The notes under the pieces are model-generated. The model had not been told where the DNA came from. It did not search any database and saw nothing but the letters and a program-made list of their open reading frames with translations. A stretch of DNA of 64,000 nt. Origin: Octopus vulgaris (taxonomy: Eukaryota). A program made the translations under genes and the position numbers. The first letter of the stretch is position 1, and each line of letters opens with the position of its first letter. The stretch is from the NCBI GenBank assembly GCA_951406725.2, contig OX597814.1, positions 44,330,001 through 44,394,000 of the forward strand, in the 5' to 3' direction. Shown one piece after another: positions 14,535 through 28,662 of the stretch.

Positions 14535-14630
14535 TATATCGCTGAAGAGCAGAAGAGTTGTCTATAAAAGCTTATCAATATAGGATTCAATTATAGGGAC
14601 CACACTTCAGCGAAACGATCGTAAGATGCT
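14535..14630 (+). ncRNA. Type I hammerhead in the 3' PLE pLTR (slightly mutated)
   Basis: CTGAAGA(14542)-gcagaag...cttcagc-GAAA(14612)-CGATCG-TA-agatgc. A truncated sister copy starts at ~14229. Confidence 0.7.
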
Positions 14631-14764
14631 TTAAAATCTTAATTCAAAACTTTTAAACTGTCACATATATTATATATTTATACTTATACATATTTACGTA
14701 TATTTATATATACTTATATTTTTAATACAACAATTATTGTATCTTCTGACCTACAGATTTTTTA

Positions 14765-14975
14765 AATAATTTTTTATAACTAAACACTTTCAAACCTGGT
14801 AGAATGTGTCATATAAAACATCTTTTACTCTTAGCATTTTTGAGAAAACATTATATTTACGAAGTAATTTCACGTTAAAGTAGTCCTATTTTGGTAATTT
14901 CAACCAATCAATGAAGTGTATTCAGCTGAATAAAATTATTGTCGTTGTTTGTCAACAAGAACTTTCGGCGGTGTT
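14765..14975 (+). repeat. Single TIR-like arm related to the MITE at 61175-62365
   Basis: Shares ataactaaa...ctggtagaatgtgtca...aaccaat motifs with 61210-61345. Confidence 0.45.
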
Positions 14976-14989
14976 TGGACTCCGTTCGT

Positions 14990-15900
14990 GAGGATTGTCT
15001 TTCCGCAGCTCGTCTTTCCGCAGGACGTAGTTGTAGTCCTGGGAGACGAAATGACCGAGACTGGGTGCCTGGCACCTAGAATGTCATCAGGCGCTCACAG
15101 CGCCCTACCAGTCGGGTAATGGTATCGATGGATGTTCCGCTTTAGAGGTTTATAGGAAATAAGCGGCGGGGAAGTGCGACGACGTTCTCGGGGAGATTCT
15201 GAATGCCAGAAAAAACGAGTTGGCTACTATGTTCACGAGGACCTTTTGGTCGAGAACTATGATGGATAATTTCCAGATGCCCTTGGCTTGGCAATACTAC
15301 CGGTTTGAGATAAACTCTACATGCACGGATGTGCTGTTGGACGGGCTTTTCCGAGGTACACGCAAAGTGGCAAAACCGTTCTGCACACCCTCGTTCGTTG
15401 TCCCAGCATTGCTGACTTGTGGGGTTTGTCGAACAGCTAGTGTCACGTGTGGGAGGGATCCGTCTGCAGTGATGATCTCGCCCCCTCTGCAGTGATGAGT
15501 CTGCAGTGATGATCTCGCCCCCTCCTTCAGTCCGGCAAGCAAAGCAGTTTTCCTTTGCCTAGTGGCTGAGGCGAAAGAGATTCTTCAGTGGTCAAGGTTG
15601 AAATGCATGAGAGATACATTCCTCTTTGATAGAGCTCTCGTTAACTCCTTCAATTCTCACTTGCAAAGTAAATCGAGAGGAAAGCGCTGTTCTCGAGTGA
15701 GTTTATTGAAAGATCGGTGAAAGTTGCAAAAATGGTTAGAGTGAACGGTATCCCTAGATCTGTGTGTCGAAGAAAAGTAATTGGAGAGGGCACTTGCTCC
15801 TTGGTTTTCGGAAAAATCTTGGGCAGAGGGTTCCTCGATTATCCCTAGAGGCCTTCCGGTACCAGGGGAGGCACATCTCTATCAGTAACCGTGTTACTTG
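14990..15900 (+). mobile_element. Degenerate 3' portion of an L1/Tx1-like LINE
   Basis: GC-rich island. MDNFQMPLAWQYYR followed by DKLYMHG resembles the region before the zinc knuckle in Tx1-type ORF2. Internal ~25-bp duplication at 15461-15525. Confidence 0.45.
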
Positions 15901-16099
15901 TTCTTTCTCTTAAATCCTTTGTATGCTATGCACATGTCCTTCCTTTTTCAGTATATACCGTTTACACATTCTGCCTTTCCCTTTTTTTATCATTTCATTA
16001 TATGTAGAACCCTAGATGTTATGTCTGTCCTTGTATTGTCACCCTCATCTCTCTCCCTTGTGGAAAATGAAATGCTTCTTCGGCTTCTTCTTCTTCTTC

Positions 16100-16151
<52 letters not shown>

Positions 16152-16190
16152 CATTATTATTATTATCATTATTATTATTATTATTATTAT

Positions 16191-18892
16191 TCAGTAGTTT
16201 TATTTCTATAGTGTGCTTTCACTTCACTACCGAGCGCAGCTCTGTGTGCCTTGGGTATGAGCTGTGATTTGTTGTGATGCTCTGATGGTTATTGTATGGG
16301 AAGTGTTCTGCGTAGGATGTGTGCAGTGCCTAGTAGTGCAATTTTCTGTATGTTATATGTGTTTGTAAGTCCTGGTGTTTTTGTTATGTATTTGTCTGAT
16401 AATTTTTTTATCATGCCCAATGCACCTACTATGATAGGAATTGTTTCTGTTTTTAGATTCCACATTCTGGTTACCTCTATTTCCAGGTCTTTGTATTTTG
16501 AAAGTTTCTCCATTTCTTTTAGAGGCACGTTGTCATCTGCCGGTATTGATATATCAATTAGAAAGCATTTTTCTTCATGATCTCTGACAGCTATATCTGG
16601 TCTGTTGGCCTTAATTTCTCTATCTGTGTGTATCGGCATATCCCAGAGTATGGTTGCTTTCTCGTTTTCTGTGACATTTTCTGGTGTGTGCCTATACCAT
16701 AATGTTGGCGTAGCTTCCAGTGTATGTAGGTTCCAACTCTGTCATGTCTGTGAATATATTCCTTCTTAGCCAGGAATGGGCAGCCAGAGATATGATTGAT
16801 TGTTTCTTGTCCATCTCCACGTATTCTGCAGTTACTGGTTATATTTCTTTTCATCACATATTTTTGGTTATTTCTGGTGGGGGGCTTTGGTCTTGTGCTG
16901 CAATTAAAAATCCCTCTGTCTCTGCTTTGAGTCCTGAGCTTCTCAACCATTGCTGGGATTTTTCTATGTCTATTTCTTTTGCGTTTAGTTTAGTGCAGTA
17001 TTTACCATGAAGGGGCTTTTCTTGCCATCGTTTTATCATGGTTCGTTGCTGTTCTATTTTCAGTTTGGATTTCACTTGTTTTATAGTTTTTTGTTGTTTC
17101 TTCATCTTCTTTTTCTTCTTTTTCATATTTATTAGGTGGTATGATTTCTTGTTTGTATTTGTCAGCTTCCTTAAATACTGAGAACAGTTTTTTTTGCTTT
17201 GCTCGTGTTTTGCCGCTATCTGGATCAGTTTTCCTTCCTTCTGAAGTAGATATATTTGCAGTCCTATGGTGGTTATTTTATAGTAGTTTTCCAGCTGTAT
17301 AAGGCCTCTTCCACTTTCTATACGTAGTATATATAGTCATTCTATGTCAGATTTTGGGTGATGCATCCTAGATCCTGTCATTATTTTTCTTGTTTTCCTA
17401 TCTATTTTGGTCAGGTCATTTAGTGTCCAGTTAAGGATATTGCAGCTGTAACTTATAACCGGGACAGCTAAAGTGTTAATACCTATTATCTTGTTTTTAG
17501 CATTGAGCTCTGTTTTTAGTATTGATCTAACTCGTCTATAATATTCTTTGTTTTTTCTCTTTCATTTGTGTGTGCTGTGTCTTATCTAGTTCATGGATTC
17601 CTAAGTATTTGTAAGTTTGGCTTTGGTCTAATTCTTTTATTTCATTGGTTTTATCTAGTGTGATGTTGTTACTCTTAACTAGTTCTCCTCTTTTCATGGT
17701 TACTTTGGCGCATTTTTCTAATCCAAATTTCATATCTATTTCTTTGGTAAATCCATGAACTGTCTTTAATAGTGTTTCCAGCTGTTTGTCATTTGTAGCG
17801 TATAGTTTTATGTCATCCATATATAAAAGGTGGCTGATCGTTTTGCCGTAACATTTATATGCGCATCCAGTTCTATTTAGCATATCAGATAGAGGTGACA
17901 GTGCCAAGCAGAAAAGGAGTGGAGAGAGAGTGTCTCCCTGGAATATACCTCTTCTAATGGGGATGGCTTTGGTTTTCATGAGTCCCTCTTTTGTTTGGAG
18001 CTGTAGCACTGTTTGCCATTTATTCATACAGTGCCCTATGAATTTTATAATTGTTGGTGCTACTTTGTTCATGGCTAGTGTTTCGAGGATCCATGTGTGG
18101 GGGATGCTATCAAACGCCTTTTTGTAGTCGATCCAGGCCATACTGAGGCCTTTCTTCTTTCTGTGGCTGTCTTCAGTTATGGCTTGATTAATTATTAGTT
18201 GATCTTTACAGCTATATGAGCCTTTGCGGCATCCTTTCTGCTCTTCTGGAAACAGGTTGTTTTCGTCCAGGTGCTTGTTCAACCTTTGTTCACTGCAGTA
18301 AATGCCTTGTACATTGTAGGGAGGCAGGTTATAGGTCTGTAGTTTTCTGGTTTTGCTGTCTCATTTGATTTGGGAATTAAGATGGTTTTCCCCTTTGTGA
18401 GCCATTCAGGCATTGTCTCTGGCTCTACCAGTATGTTGTTAAAGTTTTCAGCCAGCTTTTTGTGCATTCCTGTTAGATATTTCAACCAGAAGTTAGGGAT
18501 CTTGTCATACCCAGATGCCTTCCAGTTGCTTAGTCTTTGCAGTGCCTGGGTGACCTCTTCAGTTGTTATGGGGGTCCGAAGTTGCTCAGATGCTGAGTTT
18601 GTTGTTTTGATACTCCTTTTTTTTTGGTTGTTCGTTCGCCGACCATATTTCTCTCCAGAATTCTTCCACTTTTTCTGCCGTTGGTGCTGCAGTGATTTCT
18701 ATTTTATTTTTGCCAATTTCTTGGTAGAACTTTTTGGGGTTGGAGTTGAACTTTTTATTTTGTTCAAAGAAGCGCTGGCGTTTCTCGTACCGGCGGATTC
18801 TTTGTGCTTTGGCAAGGATATCTTACTTCAGCTTTTCTTTTATATCAGGTAAATCTTTTTCTGTGATGTTATATTTGCGGAGTATTTTTGTT
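16191..18892 (-). mobile_element. R4/Dong-clade non-LTR retrotransposon (5'-truncated, frameshifted) between (TTA)n/(TTC)n tracts
   Basis: ORF pieces with EQKGC, AWIDYKKAFD, RGIFQGDTLSP, HLLYMDD, a C-x2-(C)...H...C knuckle and RPDIAVRD...LIDISIP (RLE). Closely similar to 51952-54972, with the same 3' end (aaaactactga-(ATA)n). Confidence 0.9.
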
Positions 18893-18897
18893 TTCTT

Positions 18898-18984
<87 letters not shown>

Positions 18985-19190
18985 AAGGCGGCGAGCTGGC
19001 ACAATCGTCAATACGCCCGGCAAAGTGCTTAACGGTTTTTCACTCGTAGCTACGTTTTGAGTTCAAATTCCGCCGGGGTCGATTTTACCTTTATCCTTTC
19101 GCGGTCGATAAAGTATGTACCAGTTGAATACTGGGGTCGATGTAATCAACTCATCTCCAAAATGGTTGCTCTTGTTACAAAATTTGAAAC
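18985..19190 (+). mobile_element. SINE family A inserted in (TTA)n
   Basis: aaggcggcgagctggcacaatcg...gagttcaaattccgccggggtcga; (TTA)n on both sides. Confidence 0.8.
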
Positions 19191-19259
<69 letters not shown>

Positions 19260-19399
19260 CATTCAGTAGTTTTATTTTTATAACGTTTATTATTATTATA
19301 ACCATTATTATTTTCTCTTAATCATAGGTTTTGTTGTAGCTCCTGGAGTCTTGCACGTGTAGCGCGCTTACTACCCGCAGCCTACGGTACCATGCTTTT

Positions 19400-20500
19400 C
19401 GTTCTTTTCAGTTATCTAATACTTTCCTGATTATTCTGGCCGTGCCAGTGAGGCAATCCTTTTGTAACAGTTCTACTGGACACTCTATTCCAATCACCTT
19501 TATATTCCTCTTGATACCTTCTGATACTTGTTCCCAAGGAGCAACAAAAATTGGCACTATTTTCACCTTCTTCATTTTCCATAGCTGAACTATTTTGTAA
19601 TTAAGAGGGTAGCTATGTATCAATCTATCTATCTATCTTCTCGACTATTTGTGGGTCAAAGGGCCATGCAACGTCAACTACATAGCATATGTGTTGCACC
19701 TTGTCCACCACCACTAGGTCCGACCCGTTATGCTCTAACACCCGATCTGTTTGGATTGGGGAATCCCAGAGGATTTTGCTAGTCTCTCATTCTGCCACTC
19801 TCCGCATTTTGCAATCAAACAACGTTTTGCCTCTCTCTAGCTCCCATTTTACGCACAGTGTCCGATGTAACACTTTCACTACCTGGTCGTTTCACCACAA
19901 TTATTATTGGTTTCGGGCAAGTCTAGAGCATCCGTTCGTGATATGGGCAATGGTTTAATCCACTCATCCACTCTACTGCAGATACGCCCACAAAAGAGAC
20001 ACTTGCTCATTCCTCAGGTTGACCCTCCAGTTCTTGGCCAGAGCTTGGTCTTGCGCTGCCAGTGTAGTGCTCTCGGTCTCTTTTTTTAGGTTTCCTTTCT
20101 TCAGGCAATCCCACCTATATTTTCCAGCAAATTCTGCTGTAGCTACATGGAATTGATTGTGCATTATCTACTTCATGTCTTGTTTGTACTTCTTCCTTTG
20201 TTTTCCTTTTTTTCTCTGCTCTCGATACTCCCTCGTTCCTAACTGACACTAGCAAGGTTTCCTTACTTTGGGTTAGGAAATTGACTAAGCTCAGAGTTCG
20301 ATACGCACGCAGTCTTCCACACTTTTCAGTTCCCTTCCACCATTTGCCCTCTTAATGCATAGGCAATCAGTGTCTGTACGTGGATGATAGACTCCATGCA
20401 TCTCCCTTTGGCTCCTCCTCAGTCCACTGCAGGATTTCAGGATTTCAGAATTATTTTTTCCACTCGCTGTAGGTAGGTACTCTCCTGTCTTTTCCTTCAT
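19400..20500 (-). mobile_element. Old R4/Dong-like LINE 3' fragment (different subfamily)
   Basis: HGVYHPRTDTDCLCIKRANGGREL, KGNLKKETESTTLAAQDQAL and LLQKDCLTGTARIIRKVL in fragmented frames. Confidence 0.75.
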
Positions 20501-20536
20501 GTCATGGTATTTGATTCCATCTACATCAAGTATTCG

Positions 20537-20575
<39 letters not shown>

Positions 20576-21112
20576 ATACTACTACTACTACTAATACTAC
20601 TACTACTAATACTACTAATACTAATACTACTAATACTAATACTACTTGAACCATTCGAGCCCCACTCAGAAATGTCTTTCGGCATCTGAATGCTTTTCAA
20701 CCTGGTTTCAAGTATATCTCATGTCGTGTTAGCTTTTTATCTTTCCGAGGTCAATTAAGTTTGTAGCACAATATACAACTGAGTATATCGACTCGTATCG
20801 ACATACGCAATCGTCACTCCCGCCAAATTTTAGACTTGCGCCTCTTTAAGTAGTCAATACTTATCTATGTATAAACTCACAACCACACGCCATTCATGTA
20901 CGTATATAGCTACAATATTCAATATTTTTATATAAAAAAATTATTTTCCTGATGTGTGTGTATGTGTGTGTCTGTTTATGTATGTATATCCATGTGCGTA
21001 TTTAGATAAACAGATTGATAGATAAGGATTGTGTACACACACACACGTATACGATGAGCGATGGAGAGAGTAAGAAAGCGATATAAATAGATATACATAT
21101 ATATTATTTTAC

Positions 21113-21146
<34 letters not shown>

Positions 21147-21157
21147 GTATGTATATA

Positions 21158-21204
<47 letters not shown>

Positions 21205-22257
21205 TTATATATATGTATGTATATATATATATGCATACATACACACACACACACACACATATATATACTTTGTGCGGTTATGTGCGTGTGAGTATGAGAG
21301 CGAGGTTATATGTGTGTACGTATGTACATGTTGATATATTTATTTACTATGCGTTGACTAATGTGTTATTGAAAACTGTACATAGAAATACTTTTAGTGT
21401 ATAAATTTTATTAGTTGTAACTGAAGCCATATATTTTTATGACGCCTTTGATAAAACATTTTATGATGTCTTTGTGTATCCTTCTCTATGTTTGGCCTGT
21501 GAGCGTTTGCCTGTATATTTGTGTGAGTGTGTGTGTATGTGTGATGTGAGTGTATATGTTTGTGCATGTGTGTATTTGTGCGTAAGGGTGCGTGCGTGTG
21601 TGCGTGTGTTGTGTGTGTGTGCCTTCTTATGCTGCTAAGATTCCCACAAGTGAATATGATGTGTAAATCGTTTCCACCAGAAAATGTTCAACTTTCAATC
21701 ACCCATCTTAAAATTTACTTGAGCAAATGACATTTTCTCTACTTCATTCTTATGATTCAAATTATATTGCAAAATATTGATGAAGGATATATTGAAAAGC
21801 TAAAGTCTTTTCTTTTTACCATTTTAACTGGCACAATCATTTCGACATGCGGTGCAGTCACAAGGGAAGAATAACTATTTGAGCAACATCAGCAGAGAAT
21901 TGATTCCATGCTTTCGTTTTCTTATTTTATTTCTCTTTATATGTTATAGTAGTTGTTCGGTATGAACACAAAAACTATAGACCACAATGTGATGAGTAGT
22001 TTCCAAGTTCTCTTCATATCTCACATTTCGTGTAGCTGTGCATGAGGCCAAATCTGTGTCAAATGATTTGGTTATTCTTTTAACGAGAGCTACAAAATGA
22101 TAGAAATCCTGGAAAACATCATGAATACATTTCCTCTGGTATTTATGATTGATAAAATGTTTATTTCTCTCTCATTTATATCTAATGGACAATGAGGGTT
22201 TTCACTCCATTGAGTAAATCACTGACTTGATCCAGTTATCATTACATCTTTATAGAT

Positions 22258-22440
22258 AAGGCGGGGAACTGGCAGAACGTAGCGATGGGCGAAATACCCC
22301 CAAGCATTTCACCCATCGCTATGTTCTGCGTTCAAATTCCGAGAAGGGGTCATAAATTAAGTACCAGTTGTGTACTGGAGTCGATCTAACCGGCTGCCCC
22401 TCACCCAAAATGTCATGGCTTGTGCTTATATTAGAAAAGA
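22258..22440 (+). mobile_element. SINE family A (degenerate)
   Basis: aaggcggggaactggcagaacg...gttcaaattcc...aagtaccagttg. Confidence 0.6.
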
Positions 22441-22442
22441 TC

Positions 22443-22539
<97 letters not shown>

Positions 22540-24249
22540 CATGCTAAGATTTTTGTCTTAAGTTACCGACCAGCAGAATTACAATGTTTTTGTTGAATAT
22601 AGGTATACTTGTGTCATACAAATTCTTTCTTTGAAGCTACTAATAATGTTTTACCATATGATGCATATAGAACAGCTCAATTTATATTAAGTTGTACCGA
22701 ATATTAGGGAGTCGATTTCAAATAGAAATTCGTGATGTGAGCTACCTACAATTTTGAACACAACCACTTCAGTTTCTCGTGAAATTTCAGCGCATCGCTT
22801 TCTGCGTTAATTCATTAATTTGATAACAAGACAATCTGCAAAACTTTTCTACATACCCTACATACCCACTGCTCTTCCATACACTTTTGTCGACGCCTAA
22901 GTGTTCAAGTATCTGCGCTTTCATGTAGTAATATTGTTACAAGTTTTAAACTTGTGCCATGTTCTTCAGATAACTTATCCTTTTTTTTAGTTCTTTAGTT
23001 TTTTTTTTTAGAACAACAATGAGGAAGAAAATAAGATATGCGCTTCGACATTGTAAACACTTCTATAGTGTTCGACACATTTCCATTGACATATTGCCCC
23101 ATTCCATGAACTTTACTGTTATTTATCTTGAAGTTCAGTTCAGTCTCAGTACATACAGCTAAGAAACTCGAGCCGTCGCTAAAGCTGAAAGCTGGTTGTA
23201 AATATCTGAGAATCTTCCTCCGCTTCGCATAACTGTAACTGTTGTTATCTAGTTGCTATTTTTTAAAGCCAACTATTACAATCAAATGAAAGAAACGAAG
23301 AAAATGTCAGTGTAACTGATGTGACAAATTTCAGTTATTATTCAAACGTTCTTTGAATTTATGATTAGTATTTTCATCAGAGTTCAATGCATACTGTTTA
23401 TCTTAAAGATATCATTCATGATGGAATCAAGTTATATTTGGGTATCTCTAACTTCTAGCTTCTGTTCAAAAGTATTTGCTTACTGTAATAGGTATTGATA
23501 CACATCGATACATATTCGTTCGTATTATAGTCGGTTAGTATACGCACATCTCTGCTTTTATTACTTCTATTGCACCGTATATATTTCTTTTTTTATGAAA
23601 CATAGAATTGTCAATACCAATATTGATATGTCTCTGTATAATATGATTACATGCTGAGATCTATTTAAATATAACAACGAAAAGAAGAACAGGATGTACA
23701 AGTAGAGAATTGCCTGAAAATATGGACGCAGTATCTGAAATAATACCTCTAAAGACAATACCAAAAATTAATAAAAAAAAATCTATATAAGTAATATTGT
23801 GAGGAAACAGCTTATTTCATATATTCAAATGATTATTATACGCAAAATATATTGTTGAAAGCACATACATGTACAAGAATACCGTATGTGGACGAATAAA
23901 ACAGAGGAGAACGGATTCCTGAATACAAGTAAAATAAAGCGAGCTATAACTAATATTTAGTTATATTATATATTACGTGTGATAATATACATATAATTTA
24001 TGGTTCAAATAACTTACAATCTTTCGAGTACTCACTCTCATTCACTCACTTACTCACGCACACACACACTCTCCCTCTGTGTATCTATCTATATATATCT
24101 CCCCACACTCTCTCTCGTAAACACGCGCACGTGCACACAGTCGGATATATGGAATAAAAAATAAACTACGATTTGAAAACATAAAAGACAAATGACTAAA
24201 GGACCTAAATAGAAAGCGAGATTTAAAAGCAAATCAACTATGTCCATAA

Positions 24250-25445
24250 ATACAAGGTGGCATCAAAAGCTTCCTGGACTCTCTCTCTCTCTCTCTTTAC
24301 TCTTTTACTTGTTTCAATCATTTGACTACGGCCATGCTGGAGCACCGCCTTTAGTTGAGCAACTCGACCCCGGGACTTATTATTTTTGTAAGCCCAGTAC
24401 TTATTCTATCGGTCTCTTTTTGCCGAACCGCTAGGTGACGGGGACGTAAACACACCACCATCGGTTGTCAAGCAATGCTAGGGGAACAAACACAGACACA
24501 CAAACACACACACATACATATATATATACATATATACGACAGGCTTCTTTCAGTTTCCGTCTACCAAATCCACTCACAAGGCATTGGTCGGCCCGAGGCT
24601 ATAGCAGAAGACACCTGCCCAAGATGTCACGCAGTAGGACTGAACCCGGAACCATGTGGTTGGTTAGCAAGCTACTTACCACACAGCCACTCCTGCGCCT
24701 ACTACTTACGTTTAATAACAAAATAACTAAGTTTTGACATTATCTCCTTCGAAATACTCACCTTGCGTAGCAATACACTGGTCCTAGCGATCCTGCTGCT
24801 TTTGAATGAAAACTGGCCTGGAAGCCGTTTTCAGTAAGCTAGACGAGGACCGTCGACGATTCGCCATGGATCTCGACTACAGTGCTAAAATGGCGACCAT
24901 TGAATTGCGTTTTCATTTTGGGAAAGAGATAAAAGTACGCAAGTGTTAGATCTGGCGAATAGGGCAGATGTGGAAGCGATACCATTAAGTTTTTTTCGCG
25001 TGAAACTCACGAGTGGGGAGAGCTCGGTGACAGGGAGCATTGTCGTTGTGAAGATACCAATATTCTCTGCGCTTCACAGAACCAGCCGCTCCTTCAAACG
25101 CTTCAAAATTGGCAGTAGAACTGTCGATTGACGGTGTGACTCGGGGGGAAGGGGCGAATTCTGGATGCACAGTACCCCATTTCGGTTGTTGACGCTCATG
25201 GCAGGACTTCTATATATTGCTCGTCGTCTACCAGAGCTTTTCTTCCGCTATTAAAGCGCCCGCGCCAGTTGAAACATTGCATATGACCCATTGCCTCGTC
25301 ACCGTAAGCTTGCCGAAGCGTGCTCAATTTTGCCGTAGCAGACTTCCTAAGTTTAACGCAAAATATCACGTCCGTTCTTTTTTCCAATTTCTTGTCCATG
25401 ACAAAATCGCCGACTACAGCATATAAGTGATCACAGAAATACAAA
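24250..25445 (-). mobile_element. Mariner-family transposon fossil, interrupted by a SINE
   Basis: IFCVKLRKSATAKLSTLRQAYGDEAM...CFNW..RFNSGR (HTH region) and WYLHNDNAPCHRA (DDD motif). TIR-like tacaaggtggcatcaaaagcttcctggact at 24251. Confidence 0.8.
24281..24700 (-). mobile_element. SINE family B, near full length
   Basis: Head aggcgcaggagtggctgtgtggtaagtagc...ccgggttcagtcc, internal (TG/TA) tract, tail gaaacaagtaaaagagtaaagagag. Confidence 0.8.
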
Positions 25446-28267
25446 ACAGTATTGCTGAAATGAAAGAAAGAAATACGGTTGACACCAGTACAAATATAAT
25501 AAATGAACTCACATAATTGTAATTAATATATTACACTATCCAACCCATATAACAAAAGTTATTGTAGCAAAACTAAACATATGAAAAAACTTACACAAAA
25601 AAAACAGCTAAAATACAAAATCCCCATAAATAACACAACAAAGTTATACGGAGATATATATCAAAATGCACAATAAGTGTTACCACGACTTCACACGTGA
25701 CAAAATAAATCGCAACGAAATCATTTACGAAGACTTAACAGAAGCAATAAAGGGACATATAACAGAAGGTAATAACACCAGTCCAACTTTAACACGAAGC
25801 AAAATATTTCACGAATGAATATATATACATAGCAGGATCCTGCAAGATATTCTGCGTACTAAAACAAAAACATGGATTTCTGCAGACATAACGATCGCTA
25901 GCAACATTTCCTTTCATGGTTACTCAACTTGATCCAACGTAGTGAATTGTAGTAAAGATGATCCAACATGGGAAGAGAATAAAAGGGACATAATAGCAAA
26001 AGTATAAATTAACAAAAAATAAGATTGCAAAGAAACAAAAGAAATGCTAAATATCAGCAAAACTAGAGAAGATAAGACGCTTAATATGCGTAGGATCATA
26101 TTCGGGAAGAGAATAGATAATTTGAATAACGTATGTGAAATTTTTTCTGAAACATTGACAAGAAACCATGACAGTTACTGACACACCAACATCAACAGCA
26201 TGGCCGTAGTCAAATGACTGAAACAAGTAAAAGAGTAAAGAGAGAGAGAGAGAGAGAGATAGTCCAGGAAGCTTTTGATGCCACCTTGTATTTATGGACG
26301 TAGTTGATTTGCTTTTAAATAACAGTATTTTCAGCAGATTACAAAGTCAGAAATGAAGAGGGGAAAAAATTAGCAAGAGAAGCAAAACTGGCACTAAAGT
26401 GCAAGGAATTCAGCATAAGATTATCTTTCTTATTTCATTTTTTTTTTTTTTGCTTTCTGTTTTTGTCATTGTTGTTATCTGAAATAATCTTCTGATCATT
26501 ATTATGTCCTCCATAGATTAACACACTAAACGACCACCAACACCGAACAGTCATCACCGCCGTCACAGACACCGCCGCCGCCGCGTGCACCCTATACTAC
26601 AATAGCTTTACGAGTGACGGTAGGCAATTCGGGGACATCTGGGGTAAAGAACTCGTTTGACTCAAGCACCGAGCTATTTCTCAATGACATAAGGTGTCGA
26701 CATTCATTAAACTGGTACCCCCATACACCAGTATCAACAACTTCAGAGGTGCTAAAGTGTAAAAAAAAGTGTAATTTACAGTGTGGCTGTGGATTGGGTG
26801 TATCTGTATGTGTTCTATCCTATGTGGGGGAGTGTGAGTGAGAGTGAATGATAGGAGTTGAGTTTTGTATATCTTGGTTGCATCTTTTCTTATTGGTGTT
26901 CGGCTCTGTGAATTATGTTATATAAGTGTGTGTGTGTGTGTGTGTGTTTGTGTATGTGTGTGTGTTTGTGTCTGTGTGTCTGTGCCTGTATCTGTGTCTG
27001 TGTAATGGTATGTGTTTGTATGTATGTATATTTTTCGCATCTCACTCGCATCTCTACATTTATGATGAAATAAATAAAGTATAACGGTTGGTTATTTTGT
27101 GTTAAGAAGCGTATAAAACTAGTTTAACTTCTCTAAGATCGGTAATGTATCTTTTATAATATATAGTAGAAGTTAAACCCGTTAATTATTACATGAATCT
27201 CGAAATTATAAAACTGTCACTGGAAAACATTATTAACGCAAACCTAATACATGAAGACTCATAAATTCCGTTTGCTACTCCAGGTATTTAAAAATGGTTC
27301 TTCCTATCTCAACGATAAGTATAACTTACAAGATGAACCACTTAGTATGTCGATATTTTGACAGAACCACTGAAGCTGATCGTTGTCGAAATACCTGAAG
27401 ATTTTTATAAAAATTTAATTATCTTGCTCAGTAGTCTACGAACGCGTCACATTAACTTCAAAAGGAGAAAATCCTGTTTTTTTAGTTCTTATGCTTTCTC
27501 ACTTGAGAACCGAATCTAAAATCCCTCCATCTGCTGTACATTTTTAATTTCGTTTTGTTTCCTTAGAACATTGTTACAATTGACGAAGAATAAGTACAAC
27601 ATAACAGACAATGGAAAAATACTAAATAGGAAGACAGTGCCAAGTCGACAACCATGTGGTTTTGCATGTGTTCTACTACGTATCAAGTGAAATATGAAGT
27701 CTAGAGTTGTCCGTTATGAAGTGCTGAAACTAAGAAATACCATGAGTTGAGATGTTTATTGTCGAGAAACGTATAATTAGTTGAAACATTTCGTCAACGG
27801 TGGATAGTAAACAATAAAGCGCGTATTTCCCAAAATGATATACAAGGGTTAAATCTACAGATTAGGAATATGTAAAATCATTAGAATCTTGCATATTCCT
27901 TATACACACCAGATTTAGTAACACCTCCAAGTAATTCCTTGTCTTGATTGCTAATGCACCTTATAGGTGACAGAATATTCAGAAACAGAGACATTAGAAA
28001 CCTGACAAGGCATCAGGTTTCTAATGTCTTCATTTGGCACTGAAAACAGCAGAATTTTCTTTTTAAAGAAAGAGTCGAAAATTAACCCTGTTATAGGGTA
28101 ACATGGCATTAATAATAACGATGGTTACAGTATTGATGAAGAAATATCATTTAACTTGACGTGTAATTTTGCTCTTACATTTGAAAATGTGTAATTATTT
28201 TGCAAAACACTTTATACGTAGCAGATTAAAATCTTAAGCGCGCAGACATACACGTTCGCACAGGCAC

Positions 28268-28299
<32 letters not shown>

Positions 28300-28501
28300 C
28301 TGTATGTACATTATATATATAGAGAGACTCACACATGGGTCACTCTGTGACTTTAATTATTAAAAAAAAATATATTTATACTCATTTTGTTAGTTCTATT
28401 TTCGCTTTTTGCACCACTATAACTATATATACATATACATACACTCACATATATATGTGTGTGTGTGTTTGTCTATGTGTGTGTGCATGTATGTATGCAT
28501 G

Positions 28502-28542
<41 letters not shown>

Positions 28543-28629
28543 ATGCAAAAAGGAAAAATACAACTCAAAAAATTAGTATACGTATATATTTTGTTAATAC
28601 TTAACAGAAGTAACAGAGTGACTCAAGAG

Positions 28630-28662
<33 letters not shown>

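Larger units (their letters stand above)
10015..14750 (+). mobile_element. Penelope-like retroelement, 5'-truncated, with inverted 5' pLTR and tandem 3' pLTRs; interrupted by a LINE
   Basis: 10015-10290 is an inverted copy of ~14490-14750. The internal ORF remnant carries RT and GIY-YIG motifs. pLTR sequence is repeated at 12445-12585+14144-14290 and at 14300-14750, and the pLTRs contain hammerheads. Confidence 0.8.

Noticed and set aside
26500-26720. GC-richer patch with AG/GT sites and an Arg/His-rich frame
   Set aside because: The Arg-rich frame is closed by an upstream stop and there is no homology cue. It cannot be supported as an exon.
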